DNA of 64,000 nt from an uncultured Methyloversatilis sp. Lineage in GTDB: Bacteria; Pseudomonadota; Gammaproteobacteria; Burkholderiales; Rhodocyclaceae. Positions within the stretch are counted from its first letter, which is position 1; every line of letters begins with the position of its first letter. The DNA is taken from assembly GCA_964527195.1 (NCBI GenBank), contig CAZGOH010000001.1, positions 9,505 to 73,504 on the forward strand. Reading direction: 5' to 3'. Made by a program: the position numbers and the translations under genes. The notes under the pieces are model-generated. The model did no database searches, had not been told where the DNA came from, and saw nothing but the letters and a program-made list of their open reading frames with translations. Below are positions 59,520 to 64,000 of the stretch, piece after piece.

Positions 59520-60343
59520 GCATGAACGCGTTTCATGCGCGCACCGCACGGCCGCGGCCGAAGGCGCATCCGCTGCGGCAGGCCGCCGCCGCACCCTTGG
59601 GCGTTCGTGCCGATGCCCTGCTCGTCCAGCAGGGGCGCGCGCCCTCGCGCACGGCGGCGCAGCGGCTCATCGAGGCCGGCCGCGTGAAAGTCGGTCCTGG
59701 CGGGACGGCGGTGACGAAGCCGTCGCTGCTCTTGGCCGAAGATGCCGAACTAATCGTCGCGCCCGCGCCCGACCTCGACTACGTTTCGCGCGGCGGCCTC
59801 AAGCTGGCCGGGGCCTTGCGGCACACGGGCATCGACGTGCAGGGTTGTGACTGCCTCGACATCGGCCAATCGACCGGCGGCTTCACCGACTGCCTGCTGA
59901 AAAACGGCGCCGCCAAGGTCGTTGGCATCGATGTCGGCCACGGCCAGCTGCACCCGACGCTCGCGGCCGATCCGCGCGTCGAGTCGCACGAACAGGTCAA
60001 TGCCCGGCACCTCGAAAAGTCGGCGCTGGCGGGACGGCAATTTGATTTCATCACGGCCGATGTGAGCTTCATCTCCCTCACGCTGATCCTGCCGCAACTG
60101 CCACCGCTGCTGACCAAGCTTGGCGACCTGCTTTTGCTGGTCAAGCCGCAATTCGAAGTCGGCCCCGAGCACATCGGCAAGGGCGGCATCGTGACTGACC
60201 ATTGCTTGTATCCCATGGTGCACGACAAGCTCACGGCCTGCTGCACCGAACACCACTTCGTCGTCGCCGACTGGTTCGAAAGTCCCATTACCGGCAGCGA
60301 CGGCAACCATGAATTCTTTCTTCACGCCCGCCATGACCACTGA
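59516..60343 (+). CDS. tlyA: TlyA-family RNA methyltransferase
   Basis: S4-like RADALLV, YVSRGGLKL, DIGQSTGGFTD, KPQFE. Confidence 0.92.
   Translation: MSMNAFHARTARPRPKAHPLRQAAAAPLGVRADALLVQQGRAPSRTAAQRLIEAGRVKVGPGGTAVTKPSLLLAEDAELIVAPAPDLDYVSRGGLKLAGALRHTGIDVQGCDCLDIGQSTGGFTDCLLKNGAAKVVGIDVGHGQLHPTLAADPRVESHEQVNARHLEKSALAGRQFDFITADVSFISLTLILPQLPPLLTKLGDLLLLVKPQFEVGPEHIGKGGIVTDHCLYPMVHDKLTACCTEHHFVVADWFESPITGSDGNHEFFLHARHDH
59687..59710 (+). repeat. 24-bp motif copy (tlyA, KVGPGGTA)
   Basis: aaagtcggtcctggcgggacggcg. Confidence 0.9.
60016..60039 (+). repeat. 24-bp motif copy (tlyA, KSALAGRQ)
   Basis: aaagtcggcgctggcgggacggca. Confidence 0.9.
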
Positions 60344-61163
60344 AATCTCTTTCGAATTTTTTCCCCCGCAATCGACCGACGGCCTCGACAAACTGCGTGC
60401 CGTGCGCGGCCGCCTCGCCGAGGCGCAGCCGACTTTCTTCTCCGTGACCTACGGCGCCGGCGGCTCGACGCGTGAGCGCACCTTTGACGTGGTGATGGAA
60501 ATCGCCGCCGAAGGCCATGCCGCCGCGCCGCACTTGTCGTGCATCGGTTCGACGCGGGAAGGCATTCGCCGAATCCTCCACGACTATCGCGACCACGGCA
60601 TCCGCCGTCTCGTCGCCTTGCGCGGCGACCTGCCTTCCGGCATGGCCGATGCCGGCGAGTTTCGCTACGCCAACGAACTAGTCGAATTTATCCGCCAGGA
60701 AACCGGCGACACCTTCCGCATCGAAGTCGCCGCCTACCCGGAATGGCACCCACAGGCGAAAAGCCCGCGCGACGATCTGCGCGCGTTCAAACGCAAGGTC
60801 GATGCCGGCGCCGATTCGGCGATCACGCAGTTCTTCTACAACGCCGATGCCTACGCCCACTTTGTCGCCGAAGCACGTGCGCTCGGCGTCACCATCCCGA
60901 TCGTGCCGGGCATCATGCCAATTGGCAGTTTCTCGAAGCTCGCCCGTTTTGCGGACTCCAGCGGTGCCGAAATTCCGCGCTGGATGCGCAAGAAGTTCGA
61001 GAGCTTTGGCGACGATGCCGATTCGATCCGCGCCTTCGGCCTCGATGTCGTCACCGAGCTGTGCGAGCGCCTGATCGCGCTCGGCGCGCCCGGGCTGCAC
61101 TTCTACACGCTCAACCAGTCGACGCTGTCGCTGGAGATCGTGCGCCGCCTTCGTCTCGTCTGA
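60333..61163 (+). CDS. metF: 5,10-methylenetetrahydrofolate reductase
   Basis: SFEFFPP, SVTYGAGG, LRGDLP, ITQFF, HFYTLN. Confidence 0.97.
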   Translation: MTTEISFEFFPPQSTDGLDKLRAVRGRLAEAQPTFFSVTYGAGGSTRERTFDVVMEIAAEGHAAAPHLSCIGSTREGIRRILHDYRDHGIRRLVALRGDLPSGMADAGEFRYANELVEFIRQETGDTFRIEVAAYPEWHPQAKSPRDDLRAFKRKVDAGADSAITQFFYNADAYAHFVAEARALGVTIPIVPGIMPIGSFSKLARFADSSGAEIPRWMRKKFESFGDDADSIRAFGLDVVTELCERLIALGAPGLHFYTLNQSTLSLEIVRRLRLV

Positions 61164-61180
61164 GACGCGCGACGCCGTCC

Positions 61181-61204
61181 AAAGTCGGCCCCGGCGGGAC
61201 GGCG
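61181..61204 (+). repeat. 24-bp motif copy (intergenic, after metF)
   Basis: aaagtcggccccggcgggacggcg. Confidence 0.9.
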
Positions 61205-61206
61205 AC

Positions 61207-63174
61207 TCAGAACTTGTAGCGGAGTTCCGCCCAGGCGTGGCGGCGCGGCAGGGGCAGGTAGTCGGGGATGTCGGTCGTGGAGTACTCCCGTGCATCCTGG
61301 TCGAACAGGTTGCGCACCCCGGCGGCGAGTTCCCATTCGCTCCCGTGGAAATAGCGCAAGGTCGTGTCGACGATCCACTGGCTCCCGAGTCCGGTGCGTG
61401 TGTCCGTGCTGGCTCGTTGCCGGCGCTCGCCTGTCCAGTTGGCCTGCAGGTTCCAGTTCCATTTCGGCCGAAAGGCCCAGTCGGCACGCAGGTAGGCGTC
61501 GTGATCGGGAATGGCGAAGTGATCGACGACCTTCAGGTGCTGGAAGTGCTCGCGGTCGGTCTTGCGCAGGGTCAGGTTGCCATTCAGACGCAGGTGCGGC
61601 GTGGCTTGCCAGTAGGCTTCAAGTTCGATGCCGCGAATCACATGAGGGTCGACATTGACGAACTTTTGCGGAAAGGGATCGATGGCGACGATGGGGTTTT
61701 TCTGGTGATGCCGGAACAGGCTGACGTCGAACTTGAGCCCCGGCGTTGCCCTCCAGGAGAAAGCCAATTCGGCGGTGGTCGATTTTTCGGGCTCAAGGTC
61801 GGGGTTCGGTGTGGTTGCGCCGGTATTGGCATAAAGTTCGAAGAACGAGGGCACCCGGTAGGCCCGCCCCAGCATTACCCGGGTTGTCAGCCGCTCGGTC
61901 GATTTCCAGACGGCGGCGAGGCGCGGACTGAGCGCCCCGGCGAACTCGCTGTAGCGGTCATAGCGCGCACCGAGGGTGATTTCCCGGCGCGGATCGATCT
62001 CCCATACGTCCTGGGCGAACAGGTAGATGTTGCGGCGGCTTTTTTGCGGGACGAAAACGCTCGTCACGCCGTTTTCGACCTTGCTGTCGCGGTAGATGTC
62101 CTGCCAGACGTAGCCGCCCCCCACCCGCACGGTGTGATTGCGCCAGCCACGGTAGATGCCGCCGATTTCGGCGTTGATGCGCTGTTCGGCGGAGCGCTGC
62201 TGGTTGAGCAGGGTCGGGGTTTCCCAAAAACCGTTGCCGGAAGAGTAGGCGGCGGCACGGTAGCGTACTTCGGCATCCAGGCCCCAGGCGTCCGAATAGG
62301 TTGCGTTGTTGTAGAGCCAGGCCAGGCTGCTTTCGCTTTCTCTGGCACGTGTCCGGTCGTCGAAATAGCGCCCGCCCGTCAGGCCAATGCGCAGATTGTC
62401 CCGGGTGCGGTGATCCGCCAGGATGCGCCAGTGATCGCGGCTGGCCGACAGGCGCAGGTCGAGGTTGTCATGGCCATAATCGGCGCGCTCCGTGCGGACG
62501 TAGGGCACCGATGGCTTGTTCACCCGAATTTCCGGATGGTGGCCATCCGTCGTCATGACGTCGAGCGTCATGCCGATGGCGAGGTCGTTCCATTGCGTTC
62601 CGTACTGTAGCCAGGCATTGCGAGTGTCGAAACCGCCCACGCGGACGCCGGCTTCGGCGGTATCGATTTTGCCGGCCGTCTTGGTGACGATATTGATGAC
62701 GCCAGAGACTGCATCCGATCCATACAGCGCCGAACCCGGGCCGCGAATGATCTCGATGCGTTCGACCATGCTGACCGGCAGGCCGCGCCAGAAGATGCCG
62801 GTTCCCCAGACCAGTTCGCGCACCGGCGCACCGTTGAGCATCATCAGCGTGTACTTTGGCGCGGCACCACGTATCGACACAAGCGGCTTGTGCGCAAAGT
62901 GGTTCAGGCGCAGATAAATGCCCGGCACCGCCTGCAAGGCATCGAGCACATTGCCGGCGCCGGTGGCGTGCATATCCGCCGCCGTGATCACCGAAACCAC
63001 GGCGGGCGCCTTCGAGAGGGCTTGCGGCGTACTGGTGGCGATGTTCACCGTCATCGACATCAGCGCATCGAGGTCGGCGGCCAGCAGCATTTCCGTGTCG
63101 TCGGCGCCGGCCGTGGCGCAGGGCAGGGCACACCAGAGCAGCGCAAGCAGGAATCGTCGCCACGCGTCCTTCAT
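61207..63174 (-). CDS. TonB-dependent receptor (plug plus barrel)
   Basis: Signal peptide, IERIEIIRGPGSALYG-like plug motif (VERIEIIRGPGSALYG), NPDLEPE, RNLFD, C-terminal Phe. Confidence 0.92.
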   Translation of the reverse strand: MKDAWRRFLLALLWCALPCATAGADDTEMLLAADLDALMSMTVNIATSTPQALSKAPAVVSVITAADMHATGAGNVLDALQAVPGIYLRLNHFAHKPLVSIRGAAPKYTLMMLNGAPVRELVWGTGIFWRGLPVSMVERIEIIRGPGSALYGSDAVSGVINIVTKTAGKIDTAEAGVRVGGFDTRNAWLQYGTQWNDLAIGMTLDVMTTDGHHPEIRVNKPSVPYVRTERADYGHDNLDLRLSASRDHWRILADHRTRDNLRIGLTGGRYFDDRTRARESESSLAWLYNNATYSDAWGLDAEVRYRAAAYSSGNGFWETPTLLNQQRSAEQRINAEIGGIYRGWRNHTVRVGGGYVWQDIYRDSKVENGVTSVFVPQKSRRNIYLFAQDVWEIDPRREITLGARYDRYSEFAGALSPRLAAVWKSTERLTTRVMLGRAYRVPSFFELYANTGATTPNPDLEPEKSTTAELAFSWRATPGLKFDVSLFRHHQKNPIVAIDPFPQKFVNVDPHVIRGIELEAYWQATPHLRLNGNLTLRKTDREHFQHLKVVDHFAIPDHDAYLRADWAFRPKWNWNLQANWTGERRQRASTDTRTGLGSQWIVDTTLRYFHGSEWELAAGVRNLFDQDAREYSTTDIPDYLPLPRRHAWAELRYKF

Positions 63175-63185
63175 CTCCGGAGCCC

Positions 63186-64000
63186 TTATGCGGTCACCTC
63201 GACACGGTTTCTTCCATTCTGTTTCGCGCGGTAAAGCGCCTGATCCGCTGCGCACAGCAGGGCGTCGACCGAGTTTCGTTGCGCTGAATACGTGGTGACG
63301 CCGAAGCTGGCAGTGTAGCCGAAAGTTATATCCGCATGGCGGCTTGGCGCGGCGGCGATGGCCAGGCGCATGCGCTCGGCGGCGCGTACCGCCTCGTCCA
63401 GTTGCGTGCCGGGCATCAGCACCACGAACTCCTCGCCGCCCCAGCGGCCGACCAGGTCGATCTCGCGCACCGCCTTTTCGAGCGTGCGGGCGAAATGCTT
63501 CAGCACCTCGTCGCCGACATGGTGGCCATGCGTGTCGTTGATCGACTTGAAATGGTCGATGTCGGTGAGGATCAGCGCGACGGGTTCTTCATAGCGCTGG
63601 GTGCGACGTATTTCGCGATCCGCCGTTTCGTCGAAGGCGCGCCGGTTGGCCAGGCCGGTCAGCGCGTCGGTGCGCGCCAGGGTCAGGGCGTGGGCGCGTT
63701 GGCGCTCCAGTTCCCGCCGGGACGCATCCAGCCGGTCGAGCACTTCATGGGCGATGTGGGCGGAAAGCCAGCCCGAAATCGCCAGACCGCAGAAGGCGAG
63801 CACCAACGCGATGCGCAGCACTTCCCGGTGGCGCTGCTCGATCGATTCGCGCGAAATCTCCACCAGCACATAGCCGAGCAGTTCATGCCCGTTCGCGGCG
63901 CTCGCCCACGGGTCGTCTTCGAGCGCCGCGGACATCCGGTAAATCGGACCTTGTACGAGCAGTCGCCGGTCGTCGGTGAGAACCTGCACGCGTTCCTCTA
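63186..64000 (-). CDS. Membrane-anchored diguanylate cyclase (5' end outside window)
   Basis: TM helix, DALTGLANRR, REID I-site, GGEEF; frame open to the window edge. Confidence 0.9.
   Translation of the reverse strand, partial: EERVQVLTDDRRLLVQGPIYRMSAALEDDPWASAANGHELLGYVLVEISRESIEQRHREVLRIALVLAFCGLAISGWLSAHIAHEVLDRLDASRRELERQRAHALTLARTDALTGLANRRAFDETADREIRRTQRYEEPVALILTDIDHFKSINDTHGHHVGDEVLKHFARTLEKAVREIDLVGRWGGEEFVVLMPGTQLDEAVRAAERMRLAIAAAPSRHADITFGYTASFGVTTYSAQRNSVDALLCAADQALYRAKQNGRNRVEVTA

Noticed and set aside
56259-59594. 1111-aa antisense ORF; similar long shadows at 34641-36911, 48616-50952, 13602-15362 and 42464-44656
   Set aside because: These are opposite-strand or alternate-frame products of GC-rich codon bias over recognisable genes, with no protein motifs.

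Overview
GC-rich betaproteobacterial chromosome segment (gene content suggests Rhodocyclales; inference). Mostly core genes: ppk2, pyrF, glnS, crcB, an MSHA/T2SS-like pilus cluster, mlaFEDACB-bolA-murA-his genes, phaC, a cbb3 oxidase cluster, xerC-dapF, lipid A genes, metK, and ahcY-tlyA-metF. Main observations: (1) a non-palindromic 24-bp motif (consensus AAAGTCGG-YSCY-GGCG-NN-ACGGCG) occurs at least 18 times on both strands, in four reading frames of core genes and in intergenic gaps, like a DNA-uptake sequence; (2) a PIN toxin-antitoxin + type III-like restriction-modification cassette sits inside the SAH-riboswitch ahcY-tlyA-metF operon, and a second TA-led type III locus between glnS and pyrF appears reduced to a mod/res deletion scar; (3) a candidate FNR-activated ~90-nt sRNA lies between ccoS and ccoN; (4) a gnnA-gnnB-lpxA-like diamino-lipid A module, an inverted hisC, a lectin-like pilus protein and unusual c-di-GMP enzymes (HPt-HD-GYP, GGDEF-EAL-CZB). 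All calls come from reading motifs; no database searches were run.
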